Shown one piece after another: positions 12,895 to 25,830 of a stretch of 64,000 nt of DNA. Origin of the DNA: Squalus acanthias (Eukaryota). Position 1 is the stretch's first letter, and every line of letters begins with the position of its first letter. Made by a program: the position numbers and the translations under genes. The notes below the pieces were generated by a model that saw only the letters and a list, made by a program, of their open reading frames with translations, did not search any database and was not told where the DNA came from. The stretch lies in assembly GCA_030390025.1 (NCBI GenBank), contig CM059431.1, forward strand, positions 100,690,001 through 100,754,000. The letters are read 5' to 3'.

Positions 12895-14160
12895 TCATTT
12901 GGTCATGTGAGCATGACAGCTGACCATATGTCCAATAACGCTACAGACAACAACTGGTTCACTGAAATCTACATTCAAGTACGTTCTGTACCAGGTGCAT
13001 TATTGCTACTTTTGTCCAGAGCCACATTCAAATCTTGATACATAAACCCCAGTTATAGAATTTGAAGTGAAATTGTACAATACCATTCTGGGTCCACTGT
13101 AGTTATGACATTATTAGTTTGGATAACTTGTTCTCCTCTTCCCCCTGCTCCCTCCCCACCCAAAGAAGATAGTAATGAAAAAATAGTAAGAGCAGGGATC
13201 AAACAAGGTTCAGGTCTTTTTGGTTAAGTTTATTACCCACCAAGAAAAAAAATATTTTATATCTTACTTCTTTGCAAATACATGCATTTAAGAGGAAGTG
13301 CATGAGGGAGAATGGAATACATGAGGGAGAAAGGAATAGAAGGATATGTTGATGGGGTGAGATGAAGAGGGGTGGGAGGAGGCTCGTGTGGAGCATAAAC
13401 ACCGGCACGGACCAGTTGGGCCGAATGGCCTGTTTCTGTGCTGTAAAGACTATTGTAGTAAAAATTAATCCAGTTGATGATACTTCAGCGTTATTCGTCC
13501 TATGTGTCAGGTCACCAGGAATTGTGCAAGCAGAAACGGCATATATTAATACAAACACACATTTCTTTATGTATCGGCATGCCAAAATGCGGCACCACAA
13601 ATCAGTCGGTGCAGGTATGCACTCGAGCTAATCCCAACAGCGAGTTCCCTATCTCGGTCAAGTCACGAAGCAAAGGCTAGGCACTTCCCCGCAAGGGGGG
13701 GGGGGGGCAAGGAAACCGGCAGGTCACCCTGGGTAACTCTTACAGATCGCCTCATGGCCAGTTGCAAAGTGGCACCATCAGGCACCTAGATTGCCTGCTC
13801 TCTGTCAGACCGGAAATAATGCATCTTGGTGGGAGGCAGGTGGAGGAAAGGAGAGGAATCTAAAAGAATGGGACGGTAACAAAAGAATGTCAAAGGGAAT
13901 AGAAACAAAATGCAAAAAATAAAAAGTTACGTTCAATAATTATTTACTATGAAAAATAAAATAACTGAACAAGTCTTTCACAAAAAAGTTTATATCTTCT
14001 ATTTATCCTTGTTTTCCAAAATTAAATCATAAAATCTCTAGACAGCAGTTTTAATCAATAATTTACACACACACATATATATTATTACATAGACATACAT
14101 ACTCACATGCATGCATACATAAATAAAAGAGTGGCATGATGGTTAAACTTAACACCTTAC

Positions 14161-14197
14161 CAATTTCCCTGGCAATTTTGACAGCTTCATCAGCATC
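14161..14197 (-). CDS. PCCA: PCCA exon (exon 8 equivalent), 37 bp, phase 0-1
   Basis: ttacag|DADEAVKIAREI-G|gtaagg; continues the frame of the previous exon. Confidence 0.95.
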
Positions 14198-14238
14198 CTG
14201 TAAGAGCAGAAAATAAGACCAAGCATTAATCCCGTCAA

Positions 14239-14350
14239 TAGAAAACGCTGGAAAAACTCAGCAGGCCAGGCAGCATCCGTGGAGAGAGAAAGAGAGTTAA
14301 CGTTTCAGGTCGATGACCTTTCATCAGAACTGGGAAGAGCCGGAAATCAA
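14239..14350 (-). mobile_element. Penelope-like terminal-repeat fragment with hammerhead motif
   Basis: 14-bp TSD attaatcccgtcaa at 14225 and 14351; homologous to copies at 32471, 46688, 49835 and 63758. Confidence 0.8.
14295..14331 (-). ncRNA. Minimal type I hammerhead ribozyme motif
   Basis: AGUU-CUGAUGA-A-AGGUC(AUC)GACCU-GAAA-CG-UU-AACU: stem I, catalytic core, stem II, palindromic ACGU in place of helix III. Confidence 0.75.
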
Positions 14351-16524
14351 ATTAATCCCGTCAACCTCTGTCCTTTCTCCGTGAGGCAGCTATATATTAC
14401 ACTATTGTCACCTTGGGTAGACTTTATGTTGGGTTTACAATCCACCTACACTTTCTTATTTAGATGAACACAGAATTAATTCCACAATTGGAAACATAAA
14501 GCTTTTCCTGTTGATCTTCCAAGTCTCTAAACTTTTGGAGAGAGACAAAATAATTTAGTTCAAACCTTTGTGTGTCCCTGTTCTGCAAGATAATTCACCA
14601 CTCTCAAGTACATTTATTTTAATAGCTTTTTTCTCACGAAATGTCACTTTGTATAAGTTTTCTCAAAACTTCAATACAAGTTACAGTTTTCTGGAGTACT
14701 TCATCACAGATGAACACTGCGAACTAAACAAAATTAAATCACTTGGCAGGAACTTTAGCAATGTTATTAAGTGGATTCAATTGCTGCAAAAGAATTGCAA
14801 GCTTCAATGGTTTTCAGTCAGTTGCTAAATGTAAATCAGCCTTTACAGTATCTGCCCACCAGCGTAGGTTTTAATCATCTTCAACTACTCTAAGCATTGT
14901 GCTGTCCCTTTAACTGACAGTAGGGGGAGTCGACTGTCTACACTTACAACGAACTCGAGTATTTATGGGGTTCCTAAGACTCTCAGTCATTAAAGACAAA
15001 TAAATTAATGCGGAAAATTCTTCTCAGAGACATTAACAGTCACTTTCACGAGTTAGCAAATTTGGCTTTTTCCCCCCCACAGAACGGTAAGATGTTTCCC
15101 GCTTCCATTTTTTCCATCCTGGTGGAACATGAAAAGCTACGAGAAAAATAAGCTGAATACATTTAGCAAATTATTCGGAAATTACCCCCCCAAAATCCGT
15201 TTAAATGTTTGTGTAAGCATTACATTTTTTTTTGCTTACTCTCTGAGAAAGGGACATGAAAGAGAAGAGAGGTCCAATTTAATATCTGTCTGTTGCATCA
15301 ATTTTAAGTAAAAAAATTTTTTACAACACTACGATTCTAGTGTTTCTGTCGTAATTAACTGGGTTTTATATGTTTCAGAAGGAAATTATATTTTCTGGGA
15401 TTTGTTTTTTTATTCGGAAACCCTCCCCCCCCCCCCCCCACTTGAGCAGCAAAAAGTTGGAAGGGATCATGGAAGGGAGTAATGTCTGGCAACCACCAAG
15501 AGCTGTATGTGGCTGAAGCTACAGGGGTTGACTTATGAACATTAAAATGAAACCCAATAGTTTTTAAAGCTGCGCGCACAATACCCTTTGACGACTAGAT
15601 AACAGCTGATGGTAAATAGTAGTCTTTCACCAAACTATCTGGATAGCAAGGGAAAAGTGCACAGCTAGTTATGAATAGAAACAACAGTAAAAATCCTTTA
15701 TAAAAATATATATTGTATATATGAAGTAACAGCAAGCAAGCGAGAGTGGGGGTGGGGAAGTTGGCAGAAAATTTAATTTCCTTTCATTAGCTTGTCTGCT
15801 CCACAAATCAGTGCTTGTTAAGTTCAAAGCAAACCTGAAAGGAGTATCTGTTTTAGGTCCTTTTTTTTTGTTGGAAAAGCCGTGATTGTTAAATGGCATT
15901 TTTCCAAAGAATAATCATTTTCAGGTAAAACAAATAATTCGATTTTAAAAAGTTTAATGCCTTTGCTAAACTCTCCAGTTACCTCGGCTCCGCGGAGGGA
16001 AAACACCTTCCGTCATTTTAGCAGAAGAAACCAAAAAAAAAGGAATCAAAAGAGAGTAATTTAGGCATGTTAGTGGTTTCCACACATTGAGTTTCAAGTG
16101 CCTTTGTTCAACTCGATGACAGTTATGCGAGAATACTTCGCCTTAATAGCCACTCTGTCAGAAAGTGTTAAACCAGTCAAATGCAGACAATTAGAGCCTC
16201 TTGAACTCAATGCATGAGAGTAAAGGCTGATGGTGTTCCACCATTTATAGTTAAGTGGAAACACTTTGAATTGTCTTTGCAGTTGCAAATTGCACCTTTC
16301 ATTTACATTCTGCTTAAATAAGTAATGTTTCACTTGTTTTGCTGCAAAATCTCAACTCCCAAAAGGCAAGAAACTTGCTGATGTGCAGCCCAAGGTTTTA
16401 GAGATTCTTGTGAGATGAGATTACATTTTAGAATTAAACACACTTAAAGGGCACAACTTCTCTTTGGACAAGACATACCAATGCCTTAGCGTTGTACCAG
16501 GTTCGTTAGACTTTGCTACAGTAC

Positions 16525-16930
16525 CATAGAATTTCAGAGCACAGGACGAGGCCATTCGGCCCATCGTGCCTGTGCCGGCTCTTTGAAAGAGCTCTCCAAT
16601 TAGTCCCACTCCCCTGCTCTTTCCCCATAGCCCTACAAATTTCTCCTTTTCAAGTATACATCCAATTTCCTTTTGAAAGTTACTATTGAAGGTGCTTCCA
16701 CCTCCCTTTTCAGGTAGTGCGTTCAAGATCACAACAACTCGCTGCGTGAAAAAAACCTCCTCATCTCCCCTCTGGTTCTTTTGCCAATTATCTTAAATCT
16801 GTGTCCTCTGGTTACCGACCCTCCTGCCAACAGAAACAGTTTCTTCCTGCCTACTTTATCAAAACCCATCGTAATTTTGAACACCTCTATTAAATCTCCC
16901 CTTAACCTTCTCTGCTCTAAGGAGAACAAT
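16525..16930 (-). mobile_element. CR1 3' fragment
   Basis: LEQRRLRGDLIEVFK..TRGHRFK on minus. Confidence 0.85.
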
Positions 16931-17109
16931 ACCAATATACATGCGCTTACCCCAATTAATGGTCAAATTTCTGTCAATAAAATCGACGTTTAGAATTATG
17001 AATATTTTATCCAAGAATCTTGGTTAGAATATATTTTTGAATGTTAATTATTTACTATATATTTTCTGCATTTTCTCCAGTCAAATATTTTGCATATATG
17101 TGGAAAGAC

Positions 17110-17530
17110 GATTGAAGCGGAGATTGTTCTCCTTAGAGCAAAGAAGGTTAAGGGGAGATTTAATAGAGGTGTTCAAAATTATGTTAGGTTTTGAGAAGAG
17201 TAAATAAGGAGAAAATGTTTCCACTGGCGGGAGGGTCGGTAACCAGATGACAGGGATTTAAGATAATTGGCAAAAAAGCCAGGGGGTAAATGAGGAGAAA
17301 TACTTTTACGCAGTGAGTTGTTGTGATCTGGAATGCGCTGCCTGAAAGGGCGGTGGAAGCAGATTCAATAGTAACTTTCAAAAGGGAAGTGGATAAAATA
17401 CTTGAAAATTGAAAAATTCGCAGGGCAATGGAAAAAGAGCAGGGGAGTGGGACTAATTGGATAGCTCTTTCAAAAAGCCGGCACAGGCACGATGGGCTGA
17501 ATGGCCTCCTTCTGTGCTGTATCATTCTAT
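17110..17530 (+). mobile_element. CR1 3' fragment, inverted relative to 16525-16930
   Basis: Same subfamily and interval on plus; ends cattctat. Confidence 0.85.
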
Positions 17531-17618
17531 TTCTAAAATGCGTGTTTCAAATTGATAACTGAATGGCATGGACCTGTATCAATGCCAGGCTAATCCAACA
17601 AAACTCCAGCTTTCTCAC

Positions 17619-17750
17619 CTTGACCACTCCATCAAAGCCAGGGATGGTGTTGACTTTTGCCTTCTTGGCTATTAATTTGCTTTCAATCTTGTCTCCCATG
17701 GCCTGAAGAGCATGCGTGTCGGGCCCAATGAAGGTGACACCTTCAGCAGC
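17619..17750 (-). CDS. PCCA: PCCA exon (exon 7 equivalent), 132 bp, phase 0-0
   Basis: cag|[44 protein letters not shown]|gtgaga. Confidence 0.97.
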
Positions 17751-18469
17751 CTGCGGAGATAATTAAGCTGTTAGATTTACAATAGTAACATATTTGGCTT
17801 CACGACGCTTATATTTACAATACTTTAATTGGTAATGACAAAATCATAAAGATAATCACCATTAAAAGGCACCGTGCCTCAACCCCAAATGTTAATCTAC
17901 CTTTTCTATCGAACTACTAAACCAACTATATAACTTGAATCTTTTTCTGATTTCATTTTTATATTTTCAGCATTCGGCTTTTCTCTCTTAGTTCTGTTAA
18001 AAGTACTGCATTGTGCCCAGTTGTTATACAGATGAGAGCACTCCAGACTTCGCAATGCTGTTCAGTGTCAAATACAGTGAAAGACGGCAAGGAATTGGCT
18101 GGTGAAAAGTGCTCCAAATCCTGATAAACCAGCCTTGGTGTAAACATGCGGCCAAGTCCTCAGGGAAATCAATTGGCTGGAACAGGAACTGTCCGTGCAA
18201 TGGCATCATAGTATCATAAAACTGAAAATGCATACTGGGAGCGAGAACTCTATGTGCATTTCACAAGCAGTTAAAGGAATGAGAGTTATACGGAATGGTT
18301 GAGCGGACCCGAGATGCAACTGCAGTGATCTCTGAGCAATCAATGTCAGTCCCAATATAAAATCTGGCACACAATACTGCATACGCCAGGAAATGACGAA
18401 GACAAGATCTTCAGAAAATAGCTAAATATTACTTTTTTTTAATGCCTGGACGAATGCCTTTGCTGCTGA

Positions 18470-19530
18470 TTTATGTTAAACTTGTTCAGAACCTTGGTTA
18501 GGCCACACTTTAGAGTACAACAACAACAACTTCCATTTATATAGCACCTTTAACACCGTAAAAACGTCCCAAGGTGCTTCACAGGAGCGTTATCAGAAAA
18601 TAATTTGACACCGAGCCGCATAAGGAGATATTAGGATAGGTGACCAAAAGCTTGGTCAAAGAGGTAGGTTTTAACGAGAGTCTTAAAGGAGGAAAGAGAG
18701 GTAGAGAGGAAGAGAGGTTTAGGGAGGGAATTCCAGAGCTTAGGGCCTAGGCAGCTGAAGGCACGGCCACCAATGGTTGAGTGATCAAAATCGGGGAAGC
18801 AAAAGAGGCCAGAATTGGAGCGGTGCAGAGGTCTCGGAGGGTTGCAGGGATGGAGGCGGTTACAGAGATAGGGAGGGTCAAGGCTATGGAGGGATTTGAA
18901 AACAAGGATGAGAATTTTTAAATCGAGTGGTTGCCGCACTGGGAGCCAGTGTAGGTCAGCAAGCACAGGAGTGATAGGTGAGCAGGACTTGGCGCAGTTC
19001 TGGTCTCCATATTATAAAAAGAATATAGAGGCACTGGAAAAGGTGCAAAAAAGATTTACAAGAATGATACCAGAACTGAAAGGTTATACCTATCAGGTAA
19101 GATTGAACAGGCTGAGGCTCTGCTCTCTAGAGAAGAGAAGGCTGAGGGGCAATCTGATTGAGGTCTTTAAAGTTATGAAAGGGTTTGATAGGGTAGACGT
19201 AGAGAAGATGTTTCCACTTGTGGGGGAGACCAAAACTAGGGGCCATAAATAGTCACTAATAAATCTAATAGGGAATTCAGGAGAAACTTCTTTACCCAGA
19301 GAGTGGTGAGAATGTGGAACTCGCTACCACAGGGAGTAGTTGATACAACTAGCATAGATGCATTTAAGGGGAAGTTAGATAAACACGAGTGAGAAAGGAA
19401 TAGAAGGATATGCTGATAGGATGAGATGAAGTAAGGTGGGAGGAGGAACGTGTGGAGCATAAACACCGGCACGGACCAGTTGGGCCAAATGGCCTGTTTC
19501 TGTGCTGTACATTGTATGTAATTCTATGTG
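18470..19530 (+). mobile_element. CR1 fragment with nested minus-strand L2 (about 18517-18995)
   Basis: LVRPH...QFWSPYYKK split by an L2 with (caa)n tail. Confidence 0.82.
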
Positions 19531-19879
19531 ATGAGCAGCCCAGTTTATCTTTAGCAAGCTACTGGAAGATATGAGATACAGCCCAGTGCCTCAGTCTGAT
19601 CCCCTGTACAAAATACCACAGCCTCCACCTAGTGCTTCCACATAGAGCACACTTTAAATCAGGAACTGAACAGGATGGAAGATTGAACCTGGACCCTCCA
19701 ATTCTGGGCTCTGAACAACTATTTCACAACACATAAAAGGTTATGCTGATAGGTTTAGACAGGCTTAGATGAAGAGAGTTGGGAGGAGGTTTGTGTGGAG
19801 CATGGACCAGTTGGGCTGAATGGCCTGTTTCTGTGTCATTCTATGTAACAGTACCAGTAATCTGATCAACATGGTTTTA

Positions 19880-20290
19880 CTGTCAGCCGAGAGTGGGTAG
19901 CACTCTCACCTCTGAGATTGTGGGTTCCCGGCCCACTCCAGAGACTTTAGCACACAATCTAGGGTGACAGCCCCAGTGGAAGACTGAGGGAGTGCTGAAC
20001 TGTCGGAGGTGCCGTCTGTCAGATGAGACGTTATACCAAGTGGCTATAAAAGATCCCATGGCACTATTTCGAAGAGGAGCAGGGCCAATATTTATCCCTC
20101 AACCAACATCACAAAAAACAGATTATCTGGTCATTATCACATTGCTATTTGTGGGAGCTTGCTGTGCGCAAATTGGATGTCGCAGTTCCTGCATTACAAC
20201 AATGACTACACTTCAAAAAAGTACTTCATTGGCTGTAAGGCGCTTTGGGACATCCTGAAGATGTGAAAGGCACTGGAGAAATAGAAGACT
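19880..20290 (+). mobile_element. Deu-SINE
   Basis: Same family as 1861-2315. Confidence 0.8.
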
Positions 20291-21409
20291 TTTACAGAGC
20301 AAGATGCAACGACCTATGGAAGTTCAGTGCCATCCAACTTGAAAGAAGAAAAATGTTTACAAAGTAGAAATTTGTCATCTGTGGCAAGTCAGAACGGAAA
20401 GGGGGGAAAGCTCCACATGAACCAGACATACAAACTGAACATATTTTCTAGTATTGAATAAACAATTACACCACTGGATATGTTACAGGCTCAACTTTAT
20501 TGGTGCCGCGCACTGACACAGTTGTGAGGGAGGACTACATTAACGTCACAAGCTCTGCTTGTTGGCACATTTGAATGGGTTTGGTTGGTCGGCTTGTCTG
20601 TGGAGCTAAATGAAGGAGGGGGAAAGTAATACCTGACTTTAAAACCACAGTTAGCAATTTGTCCGGCTTCAAATCTCATTAGATTTCTTTCAGAAAATAA
20701 TATTTTGGGACACACTATACGAGTAATCTGAGGCATGAGATATGATGAGTTCTTGAGATAGTTTGAGATGTGGGGAGTGTAGCGTTCTTGGGAGGAACAG
20801 GCGACTTTGGAGCGATGGTTCCCAAAGCTCTCCACCACTGGAATTTTCCTCGCCTCATGTCTGGGTCTGTTGTAGACAATTCGATGGAGATTGATCGCTG
20901 TGATTCGTCAACAACTCCATTATCGTTGTATCGTGCGACTACCAGGATGATGCTACAATTGCTATTAGCATTCTTGGGTTGGGGGTGGGGGGGGGGGGGG
21001 GAAGAAAGAGTTTAGTGCTCTTGCTCCTATTTGCTATCCATTGACCTTTTCTTGGGGGGCGGGGGAAGAGAAGAAAATTCAAGGAGGTGAAAAAAGCTGT
21101 GGAATTGGGTAGCAAATACAAAAACCTTCTTTCTGCTCTCTTGGTGGTGCTGTAGCTTGGGGCCATGCTTGGAACAAAGCAGTTGATTTGCTTGGTAAAC
21201 ATGAGAAACCAGGAATGAGTCTTTTCAGCTGCAAATTTTATTGCCAGCATTTCTCAAACAGAATAGCTGGTTCAAACAGCCAACTAAGACCGCTCAAGTT
21301 AATGTTAACTTCAACTGCTCTACACCATCGACAGTACAAAGCAAGAGGAATGCAGGTGTTTATGCCAAACCGCTCTCTCATTAGATTCAATTAGTCAAGG
21401 GAAATGGTT

Positions 21410-23285
21410 ATAAGAACATAAGAACATAAGAAATAGGAGCAGGAGTAGGCCAATCGGCCCCTCGAGCCTGCTCCGCCATTCAATAAGATCATGGCTGATC
21501 TGATCCTAACCGCCAATCTACTATCTATCACAGAACCATCTCCTGCATCTAACAGAATTGCACACACGAAATAGGAGCAGAATCAGGCTACACAGTCCCT
21601 GGGCCCGCTCCACTACCCACAGGGCCATGACCGATCCGAACCTAGACTCATGTCCAAATTCCTGCCCGCTCCCCGTAACCCTTAATGCCCTTTACTTCTA
21701 GGAAACTGTCTATTTCTGTTTTAAATTTAATTAATGTTGTAGCTTCTACAGCTTTTTGTGGCAGCATATTCCATGGACCTACCACCCTCTGAGTGAAGTA
21801 GTTCCTCCTCATCTCAGTTTTGAAAGAGCAGCCCCTTATTCTAAGACTATGTCCCCTAGTTCTCGTCTCACCCGTCATCGGGAACATCCTCCCCGCATCC
21901 ACCCGATCCAACCCCTTCACAATCTTATATGTTTCAATAAGATCGCCTCTCATTCTTCTGAACTCCAATGAGTAGAGTCCCAATCTACCCAACCTCTCCT
22001 CATATGACCACCCCCTCATCCCCGGGATTAACCGAGTGAACCTTTTTTGCACTGCCTCGAGAGCAAGGATGTCTTTCCTTAAGTAAGGACACCAAAACTG
22101 TATGCAGTATTCCAGGTGCGGTCTCACCAATACCTTGTACAACTGAAGCAATACCTCCCTATTTTTATATTCTATCCCCCTAGCAATGAAAGCCAACATT
22201 CCATTTGCCTTCTTAATCACTTGCTGCACCTGCATACTAACCTTTTGAGTTTCGTGCACCAGGACCCCCAGATCCCTTTGCACTTCAGTACTCTCCAGTT
22301 TCTTGCCATTAAGATAATAAATTGCTCTAGGATTTTTCCTGCCAAAGTGCATCACCTCACACTTTCCAGTGTTGTATTCCATCTGCCAAATCTCTGCCCA
22401 CTTACTTAGCCTGTCTATGTCCCCTTGCAGGTTTTTTATGTCCTCCTCACTCACTACTTTCCCTCCCATCTTTGTATCATCTGCAAATTTTGATATGTTA
22501 CACTTGGTCCCTTCCTCCAAATCGTTAATATAGATTGTGAAGAGTTGGGGACCCAGCACTGACCCCTGTGGAACACCACTAGTTACTGATTGCCAGTCTG
22601 AGAATGAACCATTTATCCCAACTCTTTGCTTTCTGTTAGATAGCCAATCCTCTATCCATGCCAGAATATTACCCCCAATCCCGTGATTTTTTACCTTAAG
22701 CAATAATCTTTTGTGTGGCACCTTGTCAAATGCCTTTTGGAAGTCTAAATATACTACGTCCACTGGTTCCCCTTTATCCACTCTATATGTTACTTCCTCA
22801 AAGAACTCCAGCAAATTTGTCAAACATGACTTCCCCTTCGTAAAACCATGCTGACTTTGTCCTATTAAATTATGATTATCCAAATGTCCTGTTACTGTTT
22901 CCTTAATAATGGACTCCAAAATTTTACCTACCACAGATGTTAGGCTAACCGGTCTATAGTTACCAGCCTTCTGTCTACTGCCCTTTTTAAATAAGGGTGT
23001 TACATTAGCAGTTTTCCAGTCTGCCGGGACCTTAGCGGAATCCAGGGAGTTTTGAAAAATTATTACCAATGCATCTACAATCCCTACCGCCACTTCCTTC
23101 AAGACTCTAGGATGTAAGCCATCAGGTCCAGGTGATTTATCCGCCTTGAGTCCCATTATTTTACCGAGTACCACTTCCTTAGTGATTTTGATCGTGTTTA
23201 GCTCCTCTCCCCCTATAGCCCCCTGTTTGTCCAGTGTTGGGATATTCTTAGTGTCCTCTACTGTAAAGACTGATACAAAATATAG
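21410..23285 (-). mobile_element. Young 5'-truncated CR1 LINE with uninterrupted reverse transcriptase frame
   Basis: ORF 21648-23321 with KSPGPDG, NYRPVSLTS, YLDFQKAFD, GVPQGSVLGP, KFADD; no endonuclease domain; (ttcttatg)n tail. Confidence 0.95.
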
Positions 23286-24084
23286 GCGCTGATTACAAGA
23301 AGATAGAAGTAAAAACATCAAGCATACGCAAAAGAAATGGCAACAATTAGTTCATCCTCCAAACGCCCATTGACACTTGCGGCTCATAATGGGGACCAGA
23401 GAGTTTTATGCCTCCAATGGTAAAACGTGTCACCAGCGCTAAGCCAGTACAGTATTTGCTCCCACAATACTACAAGCATTGCCTTTGACTAAAAGGGGTT
23501 ATCTTTCATCTAATTATATAGGAACAGGAGGAGGCCATTGAACCCCTCGAGCCTGACCCGTCATTCAATGAGATCATGGCTGATCTGCAATCTAACTCCA
23601 TATACCCGCCTTTGCCCCATATCCCTTAATACCTTTGGTTAACAAAAATCTATCAATCTCAGATTTGTCGTTTGCGGAAGAGTGTTCCAAACTTCTACCG
23701 TGTGTAGAAGTGTTTCCTAATTTCACTCCTGAAAGGTCTGGCTCTAATTTTTAGATTATGGCCCCTAGTCCTAGACTCCCCAACCACGGATATAGATCTG
23801 TCTCTCTTTTAAGTGCGTGGGCATTTCTACTTGTGTATGGCAACTTGAATTTTTGTGTATATGTGGGGATGTGTTGGACGTTCTGTGTATTGGAGCTCAG
23901 GTAATCATGCGGCCTACTGTCTGCTTTGGACAGATGTATCCAGCCACCAGCTCTGAAATGCTGGAACATCCCTGGTACAGCTGACTCAATGCTCCGATCA
24001 TTGGAATGGGTCTATCACCTGGTGCCTCTGATGGAAACTGCCACAGCAGTAGGCATCAGGTCACTTGGTAGTAATGGCCACTAA

Positions 24085-24500
24085 TGTTAGCTGTGACTCA
24101 GTGGGTAGCACTCTCGCCTCTGAGTCAGAAAGTTATGGGTTCAAGTCCCACTCAAGAGACTTGAGCACACTATCTCGGCTGACAGTCCCAGTGCTGCACT
24201 GTTGGAGGTGCCGTCTTTCGGATGAGATGTTAAACGGAGGCCCCGTCTGCCCTATCAGAAGAGCAGGGTAGTTTTCCCCGGTGTCCTGGCCAATATTTAT
24301 CCCTCGACCAACATCACTAAAACAGATTATCTGGTCATTATCACATTGCTGTTTGTGGGAGCTTGCTGTGTGCAAATTGGCTGCTGCGTTTCTTACAGTA
24401 ACAACAGTGACTACACTTCAAAAGTACTTCACTGGTTGTAAAGCGCTTTGGGACGTCCAGAAGTCGTGATAATGTTATATAAATGCAAGTCTTTCTTTCA
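24085..24500 (+). mobile_element. Deu-SINE
   Basis: tRNA-like head tgactcagtgggtagc..ggttcaagtccc plus Deu core and tail. Confidence 0.85.
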
Positions 24501-24854
24501 ACATTCTTGCAAGTTGAAACATTTGTGTTACGTAATTAAAATTTAATTTCATCTCTGCTTGGTTGGCAATACAATTGGATTCGGCACATCCCGGCAAAAT
24601 ATCCGCCAGGCTTCCCATCCTGGTCGTTATCTGGTGACCCAGGATGGACACCCTGTGAAGGCTCAGTCACAACCTCTGTGACTTAAACTTTGCTCCAAAA
24701 TACCTCAACCCCGACTTCAGAAAAAGCTAGTCCGACTGCACCGGTGTGATTGTGCCACTTTTAACTCCAGCCACGCTTATGATCTCTGAGTGAGATCGCC
24801 TCTTTATGCTCAAGATCTATCGCCAATAGGCCACTTTCGTTTCACACAGATGTA

Positions 24855-25830
24855 GTCATGAGGGGTCTAGACAGAGTAGATAGAGAGAAACTGTTCCCAT
24901 TGGCGGAAGAGTCGAGAACCAGAGGACACAGATTTAAGGTGATTGGCAAAAGAACCAAAGGCGACGTAAGAAAAAGCTTTTTTACGCAGCGAGTGGTTAG
25001 GATCTGGAATGCACTGCCTGAAAGGGTGGTGGAAGCAGACTCAATCGTGACTTTCAAAAGGGAATTGGATAAGTACCTGAAGGAAAAAGGGTGGGGGAGT
25101 GGGACTTGCTGAATTGCTTTTGCAGAGAGCCGGCATGGGCTCAATGGGCCGAATGGCCTCCTTCTGTGCTCTAACCATTCTATGATTCTATGCCAACAAT
25201 CCAAGTTGGCTTCAATCCTAAGTCCAAGAGATGAAAGGATTATTATTCCAATCCACTACATCATCATATCTCCTGCAACATTTTTGTGCACAGTTCTGGT
25301 CTCCATATGATAAAAAGGATATAGAGGCACTGGAGAGGGTGCAAAAAAAAGATTTACATGGATGATACCAGAACTGAGCAGTTATACCCATCAGGAAAGA
25401 CTGAACTGGCTGGGGCTCTTTACTCTACAAAAGAAAAGGCTGAGGGGGCGACCTGATAGAGGTCTTTAAGATTATGAAGGGGTTTGATAGGGTAGACACA
25501 GAGAAGATGTGTCCATTTGTGGTGGAGTCCAAAACTAGGGGCCATAAATATAAGATAGTCACCAATAAATTCAATAAGGAATTCAGGAGAAACTTCTTTA
25601 CCCAGAGAGTGGTGAGAATGTGGAACTCGCTACCACAGGGAGTAGTTGAGGCGAATAGTGTAGATGCATTTATGGGGAATCTAGATAAGTACATGAGAGA
25701 GAAAGGAATACAAGGATATGCTAATAGGGTGAGATGAAGTAGGGTGGGTGGAGACTCATGTGGAGCATAAACACCGGCACGGACCAGTTGGGCCGAATGG
25801 CCTGTTTCTGTGCTGTAAAATTCTATGTAA
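24855..25830 (+). mobile_element. Two CR1 3' fragments (about 24855-25192 and 25285-25830)
   Basis: TRGH..FFTQRVVRxWN motifs with attctatg tails. Confidence 0.85.

Noticed and set aside
20980..21001. G-rich tracts (also about 13695 and 15425) as G-quadruplex elements
   Set aside because: Simple homopolymer runs with no supporting context
24085..24160. tRNA-like A/B box sequences at SINE heads
   Set aside because: No complete cloverleaf; they continue into SINE bodies, so they are not tRNA genes
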